Positions 53,564 through 64,000 of a stretch of 64,000 nt of DNA are shown piece after piece. The stretch spans positions 25,916,001 through 25,980,000 of the forward strand of contig OZ024757.1 in the NCBI GenBank assembly GCA_964016885.1, read 5' to 3'. A program made the translations under genes and the position numbers. The notes beneath the pieces are model-generated. The model did no database searches, was not told the DNA's origin, and was given only the letters and a program-made list of their open reading frames with translations. This DNA is from Eledone cirrhosa (lineage: Eukaryota). Each line of letters starts with the position of its first letter. Position 1 is the first letter of the stretch.

Positions 53564-53757
53564 ATAGTATGAGGAGTATAAGAGATAGAAATATAGATGA
53601 GTCAGAAGAGGGGGTAATGGAAAATATGTATGTATGTGTATACATGTGTATACATGTGTATATATATATTTTTATATATATATATATGTATATATACCCC
53701 AAGTATCAAGTACACTAGTGAGTAATGATCTAACCATTTCTTACTATATCCATCTTG

Positions 53758-53794
<37 letters not shown>

Positions 53795-53797
<3 letters not shown>

Positions 53798-54617
53798 TCG
53801 AGTCCGCTTAAGAGTATACTCTCGGGAATGGAAAATAGTATACTCTTATCCGGACTAAGTAAAAATATTCCATAGTATTATTATTTTGATTCTTTCAATG
53901 ATTAAAAATTGCTTTATAATCGTTTAAAATGCATTTATAAGTAAAAAAAAAATGAAAGTTACACCAAAAAGTTCAACAAGAATTATTGCAAATTATAGAT
54001 AAATTAAGCAATATTTCAACATATTGGTATGCAATTTTTATTTCCTAAAAATAGTCCAAAATGCTTTTTTGCACTCGATTGCTCACAATTTTTTTTTTTC
54101 AATCAATTCCTTCGATCTCAGACGGAGTATAATTTTCAAAATTTTCAAACAATTACATCATATAGGACCATACAGTGAACAAAGCATTTATTCCTTCTTT
54201 TCCAGAGATCTAAAATATTGATAAATGATTAAAGTTATGTTAGGTACCTATGCACCTTCATATTATAAATATAAAAATAATACATACTAACCTTTGAGTA
54301 ATGGATATTTTTTGAGTAATGGATAAAGCAGAGTGTTTCAAAGACATTTTTATGACACAATGAATTATTATTTTTGTATTTGCATATATTAAACTTTAAA
54401 TTGCTTTTAGAATGGTTGTATAAATAACATCATCACATTTCATTTTCAATTGTTTTAAAATGATTATGTTACATTATAAGCCCAATTTACTTTACCGTAT
54501 TCATTATACTCTTATTCAGACTAAATTATATAGAAAATATATAAACAGGAATTGGTTATGCTATACTCTTATGCGGACTATACTCTTATCCGATATACTC
54601 TTAAGCAGACTTGACTG
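53795..54617 (-). mobile_element. pogo/Tigger-family internally deleted element
   Basis: TA|cagtcgagtccgcttaagagtata ... tatactcttaagcagacttgactg|TA; minus remnant VSNRVQKSILDYF* (54086-54045). Confidence 0.85.
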
Positions 54618-54640
54618 TATATGCATGTATATATGTGTTA

Positions 54641-54686
<46 letters not shown>

Positions 54687-54774
54687 GGAAAAATTTGAAC
54701 AGGGACAAAACAGAGAGGCAGTACAACGAATGTTTATTAATTTCATGCTCTGGAGAGTGGGGTGTTGGTGGGGG

Positions 54775-54808
54775 ATGACGTTTCGGGCATAAGCCCTTCC
54801 TCAGGTGA
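54775..54808 (-). ncRNA. Minimal hammerhead-like core (stem I not evident)
   Basis: CTGAGGA-a-gggc-ttat-gccc-GAAAC-GTC. Confidence 0.5.
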
Positions 54809-55738
54809 GAAGTGTGTGGGAACAGAGTTCAAAGGGAGCGAAAGGAAACGGTGCGAATGAAAAAAATAAAAATAAAGCATGATCAAAATACAAGGAATGA
54901 AATAAATTTAAATATATATATATACACACACATATATATATATATAGTATATTGTATATACATATATACTAGAACCACTGACACCCAACTACTTAACCAA
55001 AGTTAAATGTTCTTTTTATTGTAATGCCTGCATTGTCACTGTGATGGCAATGTCCTGTTAATGTCACATGTCAATGCAGAAAAACACTGCACCTCTCTCT
55101 GTTTATTTATGTAACAGCTGCAACTAGGACTGGCCTACAATTTTGCAATTTACAAAATGTATGTGTGTTGTGTGAATGTACATATGAACACATGCACAGA
55201 TACATATATAGATATAATTATAAATATGTGTATATATATATCTATATGTGTGTGTATATATATATATATATGTATATGTGTGTGTGTGCATGTATATGTG
55301 TGTGTGCATATATATATATGTGTGTATATATATATGTGTGTGTATATATATATGTATGTGTATGTGTGTGTGTGTGCATATATATATGTGTGTGCATATA
55401 TATATGTGTGTATATATGTATGTGTATGTCTGTGTGTGCATGTATATGTGTGTGCATATATGTGTGTGTGTGCATATATATATGTGTGTGTATATATATA
55501 TGTATGTGTATGCATGTATATGTGTGTGCATATATATAGGTGTGTGTATATATATACATGTATTTATGTCATCATCATCATCATTGTCATTGTTGTTTCA
55601 GTGTCCTCTTTCCCTGTTAGCATACATGAATATATATATAAGCACACACACGCATATATATATACATATAAGCACACACGCGGATATATGCACACGCATG
55701 TTTATATATATATACAAATACGCACAAACACATATATT

Positions 55739-55782
<44 letters not shown>

Positions 55783-55967
55783 TAGATATAAGCTAATGAG
55801 TGTAAGTTAATTAGTCTGTTGTGAATATAAACTGAACTACAGCTACCAGGTGGAGTTAAACATGGACTGGTCCATTTAATAAGCAAACAAGTCTATAGAT
55901 TATGTAACAGATAAATCTAGTTATGACAGATGAATCTAGTTTACCCTCTCTTCCTGTGTGACACCAG

Positions 55968-57108
55968 TGGAATGACAGAATCAGTAGAGCGTCGAACAAC
56001 CTTTCTTTATGGCATAGAGTTATGCCCCTTTACAATTTGAGTTCAAATCCTACCGAGGTTAACTTTGCCTTTCATCCTTATGGGGGATGATAAAATAAAG
56101 TACCAGTAATGCACTGGGGTTAATATAATAAACTTTTCCTTCCCCCAAAATTGTTGGCCTTGTGCCTAAATCAGAAACCATTATTTTGGGTGGTGGATCG
56201 GCAGGATCGGTAGAGCGTCGGACACCATGCTCCGTTCTGATCTCAAATTCTGCCAAGCTTAGCTTTGCCTTTCATCTTTATGGGATTGATGAAATAAAGT
56301 ACCAGTAATAGACTGGGGTTGATTTAATCAACTTTCCCCTCCCCCAAAATCATTATTATTATTATAATCATAGGGCGGTGGTTTGGCAGTATCGGTAGAG
56401 CGTCAGACACCATGCTTTGCAGCATAGAGTACCAGTAATGTACTGGGGTAATTGCTGGTCTTGTGCCAAAAGTAGAAACAATTATTATTATCATCAGAAG
56501 GGCAGTGGATTGGCAGAATTGGTAGAGCATCGGACAACGTTTCTTTATGGCATAGAGTTACAGCCCTTTACAATTTGAGTTCAAATCCTGCCGAGGTTAA
56601 CTTTGCCTTTCATCCTTACGGGGTCGATAAAATAAAGTAGCAGTAATGCACTGGGGTCAATATAATCGACTTTCCCTTGCCCCCAAAATTGTTGGCCTTG
56701 TAACTGGTAAAGGGTTAAAACAAGGTTTTGTATGGTAGAACCAGGGGCACGTTTTTGTTTTCTCTGGGTAGTTTGGTATGAAAAGGGTTAATGGGTCCTT
56801 TCCTTGTTATAAGACGTTTGTGTGAGATATGAGGGAGATTTGGTTGCTGCTACTTCTAACAAGCCAGAGCGACCACATAGAGGCCATTCTCTTTTGTCTC
56901 CAATTGTCAATATTAATCAGAGGATTGGCAGTGTCGGTAGAGGGTCGGACGCCATGCTTTGACGCATAGAGTTACGGCCCTTTCCATTCTGAGTTCAAAT
57001 CCCGCCGAGGTTAATTTTGCCTTTCATCCTTACGGGGTCGATAAAATAAAGTACCAGTAATGCACTGGGTAATAATTCTGGCCTTGTGCCAAAAGTAGAA
57101 ACATTATT
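55968..57108 (+). mobile_element. Cluster of ~5 SINE family A copies
   Basis: Repeated A-box, B-box and body motifs at ~55968, 56188, 56372, 56500, 56920. Confidence 0.88.
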
Positions 57109-57109
57109 A

Positions 57110-59350
57110 ATGTTGTTGGTGTTGGTGTTGTTGTTATTGGAGGTGTTGTGTTATTGGTGTTGGTGTTGGTGTTGGTGTTGTTGGAGGTGTTGTGTTGTTG
57201 GTGTTGGTGTTGGTGTTGTTGTTATTGGAGGTGTTGGTGTTGTTGTTATTGGAGGTGTTGTGTTGTTGTTGGTGTTGGTGTTGTTGTTATTGGAGGTGTT
57301 GTTGTTATTGGAGGTGTTGGTGTTGTTGTTATTGGAGGTGTTGTGTTGTTGGTGTTGGTGTTGGTGTTGTTGTTATTGGAGGTGTTGGTGTTGTTGTTAT
57401 TGGAGGTGTTGTGTTGTTGGTGTTGGTGTTGGTGTTGGTGTTGTTGTTATTGGAGGTGTTGTGTTGTTGGTGTTGGTGTTGGTGTTGTTGTTATTGGAGG
57501 TGTTGTGTTGTTGGTGTTGGTGTTGGTGTTGTTGTTATTGGAGGTGTTGTGTTGTTGGTGTTGGTGTTGGTGTTGTTGTTATTGGAGGTGTTGTGTTGTT
57601 GTTATTGGAGGTGTTGTGTTGTTGATGTTGTTAGTGTTGTTGGTGTTGTCATAGGTAGTGGTGTTGATGTTGGTGTTGTTGTTGGTGTTGTCATAGGTAG
57701 TGGTGCCGGTGGTGGTGTTGATGTTGTTGTTGTTGTTGGTGTTGTTATTGGAGGTGTTGTGTTGTTGATGTTGTTAGTGTTGTTGTTGTTGGTGTTGTTA
57801 TTGGAGGTGTTGTGTTGTTGATGTTGTTAGTGTTGTTGTTGTTGGTGTTGTTGTTGTTGGTGTTGTTATTGGAGGTGTTGTGTTGTTGGTGTTGTCATAG
57901 GTAGTGGTGCCGATGTTGTTAATAGTATAGGTGTTAGTGGTGTTGTTGGTAATGTTGGTCGCGGAGTTTGTGATATTGGTGTTAGTGTTAGTGGTGGTGG
58001 TGGCATTGTTTGTGCTTGTGGTGTCGTTGGTGTTGTTGGTGTTGTCGTTGGTATAGGTGTTTGTGTTGGTGGTGATGGTATAGGTGTTTGTGTTGTTGGT
58101 GGTGGTGGTGGTGTTTGTGTTGTTGGTGATGGTATAGGTGTTTGTGTTGTTGTTGGTGGTGGTGGTGGTGTTTGTGTTGTTGGTGATGGTATAGGTTTTT
58201 GTGTTGTTGGTGGTGGTGGTGGTGGTGGTGTTTGTGTTGTTGGTGGTGGTGGTGGTGTTTGTGTTGTTGGTGGTGGTGGTGGTGTTTGTGTTGTTGGTGT
58301 TGGTGATGGTATAGGTGTTTGTGTTGTTGGTGTTGGTGATGGTATAGGTGTTTGTGTTGTTGGTGTTGGTGATGGTATAGGTGTTTGTGTTGTTGGTGGT
58401 GGTATAGGTGTTTGTGTTGTTGGTGGTGGTGTTTGTGTTGTTGGTGGTGGTGTTTGTGTTGTTGGTGATGGTATAGGTGTTTGTGTTGTTGTTGGTGGTG
58501 GTGGTGTTTGTGTTGTTGGTGGTGGTGTTGGTGATGGTATAGGTGTTTGTGTTGTTGTTGGTGGTGGTGTTGGTGATGGTATAGGTGTTTGTGTTGTTGT
58601 TGGTGGTGGTGTTGGTGATGGTATAGGTGTTTGTGCTGTTGTTGGTGGTGTTTGTGTTGTTGGTGTTGTTGTTATTGGAGGTGTTGTGTTGTTGGTGGTG
58701 ATGTTGGTGTTTGTGCTTGTGTTGATGGTGGTGTTGTTGGTGGTGGTGGTGGTGGTGGTGGTGGTGGTGTTGGAGTTAATGTTAGTGCTGGTATTGTAGT
58801 TATTATTTGTGTTGGTGTTGTTGCTACCTACTATACAACCAGAGATGACAGATCGACAGATAGAGAAATGCTGAATATCATTCCACCCCAAGCCCCACCC
58901 TACCGTCTCCACCCCCGCCACCTTACTACACCACTCCACCCCCGCCACCTCTACTACGCCACTCCACCCCCACCACCTTACTACACCACTCCACCCCCGC
59001 CACCTCTACTACACCACTCCACCCCCACCACCTCTACTTCGCCACTCTACCCCCGCCACCTCTACTACACCACTCCACCCCACCACCTTACTACACCACT
59101 ACACCCCCACCACCTCTACTTCGCCACTCCACCTCCACCACTCCACCCCCACCACCTTACTACGCCACTACACCCCCACTACCTCTACTTCGCCACTCCA
59201 CCTCCACCACTACATCACTACACCACTCCACCCCACCACCTTACTACACCACTACACCCCCCCACCTCTACTTCGCCACTCCACCTCCACCACTACCCCC
59301 CCCCCACCTCTACTACACCACTCCACGCCCAACCACCTCTACTACACCAC
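57110..59350. repeat. GT-rich and CCA-rich minisatellite blocks
   Basis: gttattggaggtgttgtgtt, ggtgatggtataggtgtttgtgtt and ccactccacccccaccacctctact units. Confidence 0.85.
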
Positions 59351-60074
59351 TCCCCCCTTTCTTGGTCTGTCTGTGCGCCCTGAAAAACGAAACCTCAGTA
59401 CAGATGTCCTCCCTTCTTTGATGTCAGAGATATGAAAATATGCAGAAAAGTGCTTCAAAATAATAGAAATATTTGGGTGTGTACTTGTGGGTGGGAGGGG
59501 GAGTGTGGATGGTGTGGGTAGGTGTGAGTGTATGGGTGTAGTGTATGTGTGTGTATGCGTTTGTAATGTATGTGTATATGTGTTTGTGTGTGTGTGAGTG
59601 TGTGTGTATGAGTACGTATGTGCGAGAGAGTGTGTTTGTGTGCATGTGTGTATATGTGTGTGTGTATGAGAGAGAGTGTGTGTGTATGTGCATGAGAGAG
59701 AGAGTGTGTGTGTGTGAGTGAGAGAGCGCGTGCGCGTGTGTGAGTGAGAGAGAGAGTGTATATGTATGCGTATGTGTGTGTGTGTGTGTGTGTGTGTATG
59801 CATGTGTAGTGTATGTGTCTATGTGTGTGTTTGTGTGACTGTATGTGTGTGTGTGAGTGTGTATGTATGTGTGTGTGTATGTGAATGTATGTTTGTGTTT
59901 ACGTGTGTGTGTGTGTGTGTGTGTACGTGCGTATTTTCTTAATCAGGGTGACAAACAGCCCTGATCTGGGTCAGTATTTGGCAATTTGAGAAAGTTGGGT
60001 TATGAGTGAAACACAAGGTTGATATTGAGAGGGAAGAAAGTGGAGTTAGTTGAATTAATAGCTAATGTTTAAAG

Positions 60075-60572
60075 CAGGCATGTCAAACATGCGGCCCACA
60101 GCCCGCATGTGGCCCTTTACAAGCACACCTGCGGCCCGCACAAAGGTTTTTAGAGAGCGAGCATGTTTTATCTTTGTAATATAAAATAAAATAAAATAGT
60201 TGTAATGTGTGCAATTAGTTGTCATATGTGGCCCTCAGACAACACATATGTCACCCTCGTGGCCCTCAGACAACACATATGTCACCCTCGCGGCCCTCAG
60301 ACAACACATATGTCACCCTCGCGGCCCTCAGACAACACATATGTCACCCTCGTGGCCCTCAGACAACACATATGTCACCCTCGCGGCCCTCAGACAACAC
60401 ATATGTCACCCTCGCGGCCCTCAGACAACACATATGTCACCCTCGTGGCCCTCAGACAACACATATGTCACCCTCGCGGCCCTCAGACAACACATATGTC
60501 ACCTTCGTTGCCCTCAGACAACACATATGTCACCCTCGTGGCCCTTGGGGGACCCTCAGTTTGATATGCCTG
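60075..60572. mobile_element. hAT (Charlie-like) MITE with internal 31-bp tandem array x~10
   Basis: TIRs caggcatgtcaaac / gtttgatatgcctg; 8-bp TSD gtttaaag/gtttatag; unit ggccctcagacaacacatatgtcaccctcgy. Confidence 0.88.
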
Positions 60573-60621
60573 GTTTATAGAACTCTGGGGAGTTTTGCAT
60601 TGGCTAAATGGTTTTATTATT

Positions 60622-60803
60622 AGGTGGTGAATTGGCAGAATCAGTAGAGCGTCAGACAAAATGCTTTGCAGTGTATAGTTATAACCCTTTATGTTCTGAG
60701 TTCAAATCCCATCGAGGTTAGTTTTGCCTTTCATCCTTACGGAGTCAATAGAACAAAGTACCTGTAATGAACTGGGGTTGATTTAATTGACTTTCTCCTC
60801 CCC
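60622..60803 (+). mobile_element. SINE family A
   Basis: A-box, B-box and body. Confidence 0.82.
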
Positions 60804-60929
60804 TTCAATGACAGGTGCAATGTGTCCGAACACGGAAGAGCCGAACTCCCACCGTCATCGCCTCCATCTCTCTCGCCCTCCCCATCTCTCTGTAGAGTGA
60901 GCAAATGGGGTCCCACGTGCTGGCTGGCC

Positions 60930-61091
60930 CACAGCCCCGGAGGACAGAATGGAGAAGGCGTTGCCCCTGGAGGATGGTAAGGGAGAGGCACTGGAAGAGC
61001 CATGTGAGTAACCCCCCCCCCCCCGGTCTCGACAACAGCAAGTAAGGGAAGTAATTCAGGGACCTAGAACACCAAAGGTCCCCAGCACTAT
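60930..61091 (-). mobile_element. Relic of the restriction-like endonuclease C-terminus of a CRE-type non-LTR retrotransposon
   Basis: Minus IVLGTFGVLGP* ... TWLFQCLSLTIL(frameshift)RGNAFSILS, resembling ETxGxxGP...LFQRLSxAIxRGNAxSIL. Confidence 0.6.
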
Positions 61092-61099
61092 TGTGCTGA

Positions 61100-63660
61100 G
61101 TGGTGGTGGTGACGGCGGCATTGGTGGTAGTGGTGGTGGAGGTGCTGGTGATGGTGGCATTGGTGGTAGTGGTGGTGGCGGTGGTGATAGTGGTAGTAGC
61201 GGTGGTGGTAGTGGTAGTGGCGGTGGTGGAGGTGATAGTGGTAGTAGTAGCGGTGGTGGCATTGGTGGTAGTGGTAGTGGCGGTGCTGGAGATAGTGGTG
61301 TTGCTGGTGGTGGTAGTAGTAGTGGTGGTGGTGGTGGTGGTAGTGGCGGTGGTGGAGGTGGAGATAGTGGTGGTGGCGGTGGTGATAGTGGTAGTAGTAG
61401 CGGTGGTGGTGGTGGTGGTAGTAGTGGCGGTGGTGGAGGTGGAGATAGTGGTGGTGGCGGTGGTGATAGTGGTAGTAGTAGCGGTGGTGGTGGTGGTGGT
61501 AGTAGTGGTGGTGCTGGTGGTGGTGGTAGTAGTGGTGTTAGTGGTAGGTTTCTTCAGAACATTCTAGGTGGGCATTTTGTTTTTGCAAGTAACATTTTTT
61601 TTTTATATATAAACTCTATTTTCCATATCTAAGGATGCACCATGAAAAAGTAGTGATGGTGGTGGTGGTGGTGGTGGTGGTGGTGGTTGGTGGCAGTGAT
61701 GGTGGTGGTGGTGGTGGTGGTGGTGGTGGTGGTGGCAGTGATGGTGGTGGTGGTGGTGGTGGTGGTGGTGGTGGTGGTGGTTGGTGGCAGTGATGGTGGT
61801 GGTGGTGTTGATGGTGGTGGTGGTGGTGGTGGTTGGTGGCAGTGATGGTGGTGGTGGTGTTGATGGTGGTGGTGGTGGTGGTGGTGGTTGGTGGCAGTGA
61901 TGGTGGTGGTGGTGGTGGTGGTGTTGATGGTGGTGGTGGTGGTTGGTGGCAATGACGGTGGTGGTGGTGGTGTTGATGGTGGTGGTGGTGTTGATGGTGG
62001 TGTTGATGGTGGTGGTGGTGGTGGTGGTGGTTGGTGGCAGTGATGGTGGTGGTGGTGGTTGGTGGCAGTGATGGTGGTGGTGGTGGTTGGTGGCAGTGAT
62101 GGTGGTGGTGGTGTTGATGGTGGTTGTTGGTGGGCGAGTGCCAACCAGGGCCCTCTCTTGGCAACAGGCCTGTTGGGTGGGTGGCTGGGTGGGAGGAGGA
62201 GGTTGGCTGGGTAGCTGGGTAGTAGGCTATATGACTGGCTGGCTGGCTGGCTGGGTGGCTGGGTGGGCGGTAGACATGCAAACTGGGTGGAAGGCTGGAT
62301 GGCTGCTTGATCAAATGGTTAGCTGATATATTCTGTTGCTGCTGGCAGGAAGGATGTGAATTATGATATGTCTAGGGTGGTGGTGGTGAGGGGGGTGGGG
62401 GTGTAGCGATGATGATGATGATGATGGTGTTGGTGGTGTTGGTGGTAGCCTTGATGATGATGATGATGATGGTGTTGTGGAAGTGGTGGGGATGTAGGTA
62501 GGTGTAATGATGATGATGGTGGTGTTGTTATAGTAGTGGTAGTAGTAGTGGTGGTGGTGTTGGTGGTAGCCTTGATGATGATGATGATGATGGTGTTGTG
62601 GAAGTGGTGGGGATGTAGGTAGGTGTAATGATGATGATGGTGGTGTTGTTATAGTAGTGGTAGTAGTAGTGGTGGTGGTGGTGGTGGTGTTGGTGGTAGC
62701 CTTGATGATGATGATGATGATGATGGTGTTGTGGAAGTGGTGGGGATGTAGGTAGGTGTAATGATGATGATGGTGGTGTTGTTATAGTAGTGGTAGTAGT
62801 GGTGGTGGTGGTGTTGGTGGTAGCCTTGATGATGATGATGATGTGGAAGTGGTGGGGATGTAGGTGGGTGTAATGATGATGATGGTGGTGTTGTTATAGT
62901 AGTGGTAGTAGTGGTGGTGGTGGTGGTGGTGGTAGCCTTGATGGTGATGATGGTGTTGTGGTAGTGGTAGTGGTGGTGGTTGGTAATGGTGCAGGTGTGT
63001 AGTGTTGCTGCTGATGGTGATGTGGGGGTGTAGATGAGGGGGTGGCATGACCCATTAAACAACTGGAATATGGTGTGGGGGTGGCGGGGGTGGGGTGGGA
63101 GGCAGGTCATGGTTGGCAAGCAGACAACCAGGTAGTGGGTAGTAGCGTTAGCTGCTGCTACTGTAGTGGTGGTGGTGGTGGTGGTGGTGGTGGATGGGGG
63201 CTGGTGAATGTATTGGAGGTGATGATTGAGTGGTTGTGTTGGTGGGTGCGCTTGTGATGGTTGTGGAGGTGCCGGCGGGGGGGGGGATCCTTGTGGTTGT
63301 GGTGGTGGTGGTGGGTGGGCTTGTAATGGTTGTGGTGATGGTGACAGTGGGGGTCCTTGTGGTTGTGGTGGTAGTGGTGGTTGTGATGGTGACGGTGACG
63401 GTGGGGGTCCTTGTGGTTGTGGTGGTAGTGGTGGTTGTGATGGTGACGGTGGGGGTCCTTGTGGTTGTGATGGTGACGGTGGGGGTCCTTGTGGTTGTGG
63501 TGGTAGTGGTGGGTGGGCTTGTGATGGTTGTGGTGGTTGTGGTGGTAGTAGTGATGGTTGGGCTTGTGATGGTTGTGGTGGTGGTGGTAGTGGTGGTTAC
63601 AGTTAGTGTTCATGGTGGTGGCATTGGTTGTAGTTGGTGTTAGTGATGATGGTGATGGTA
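61100..63660. repeat. (GGT)n-rich tracts including a ~120-bp tandem unit (62400-62960)
   Basis: gtagccttgatg recurs at ~62445, 62566, 62696, 62820, 62932. Confidence 0.85.
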
Positions 63661-63847
63661 GTGGGAGAGGAGGAGGAGAAGGGACGGTGCCCCTATGACC
63701 TTTGTTACAACTGTTGAGGCAGCAACAACAACATCACCTGCAGGATGAGATTCTATGTAATCTCTCAACCTGCTGGAAATAGCAGCCAAATCTCCCTTAA
63801 ATCATACCCTACTTTTCAAAAAACCCTCATGAAGATGGTCACATCTG

Positions 63848-63882
<35 letters not shown>

Positions 63883-63919
63883 ATTAAATAAATGGAAACT
63901 ATATTTATAAAACCATATT

Positions 63920-63985
63920 TATTTCATTATATATATTTCAGGGATATCATATTAACAATATGTTATGCCTTCTTCAGACAAAATA
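63920..63985 (-). ncRNA. Intact-looking minimal type I hammerhead (paralog of 39766-39830)
   Basis: tattttgt-CTGAAGA-aggcataacatatt-gtt-aatatgatatccct-GAAAT-atat-ATA-atgaaata. Confidence 0.72.
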
Positions 63986-64000
63986 CAATATAAACAGTCT

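Noticed and set aside
57866-58948. Mucin-like PTT-rich 360-aa ORF
   Set aside because: Continuous with a flanking GT-rich minisatellite and has no non-repetitive domain. Only transcript data could rescue it.
60815-60976. Plus-strand exon with apparent acceptor and donor
   Set aside because: The peptide is unrecognisable and the minus strand is better explained as a CRE-type endonuclease relic.

Overview
Eukaryotic, repeat-saturated non-coding DNA (intron or intergenic). The SINE/RTE content and microsatellite load are most consistent with an octopus or other coleoid cephalopod; this assignment is inference. No host protein-coding gene can be supported. Nearly all listed ORFs are translations of (TA)n, (CA)n, (CT)n or (CCA/GGT/GAT)n repeats, and the only real protein remnants are transposon-derived: RTE-clade RT C-termini, a CRE-type endonuclease relic and a pogo C-terminal PIP box. 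The window holds three RTE LINE families, several tRNA-derived SINE families, piggyBac-, hAT-, pogo- and mariner-type MITEs (often nested) and many minisatellites. The most notable signal is about 13 minimal type I hammerhead-ribozyme-like motifs (CUGANGA...GAAA...NUH) from at least five unrelated short elements. These elements lie in or beside (TA)n tracts, often as perfect fold-back palindromes, and are probably non-autonomous Penelope-like elements or retrozymes. Several keep intact, covarying stems, and one family has an unusually long branched stem II. Small unique islands carry RFX X-boxes, E-box clusters and a CCAAT/TATA arrangement. All structures were read by eye; no searches or folding programs were run.
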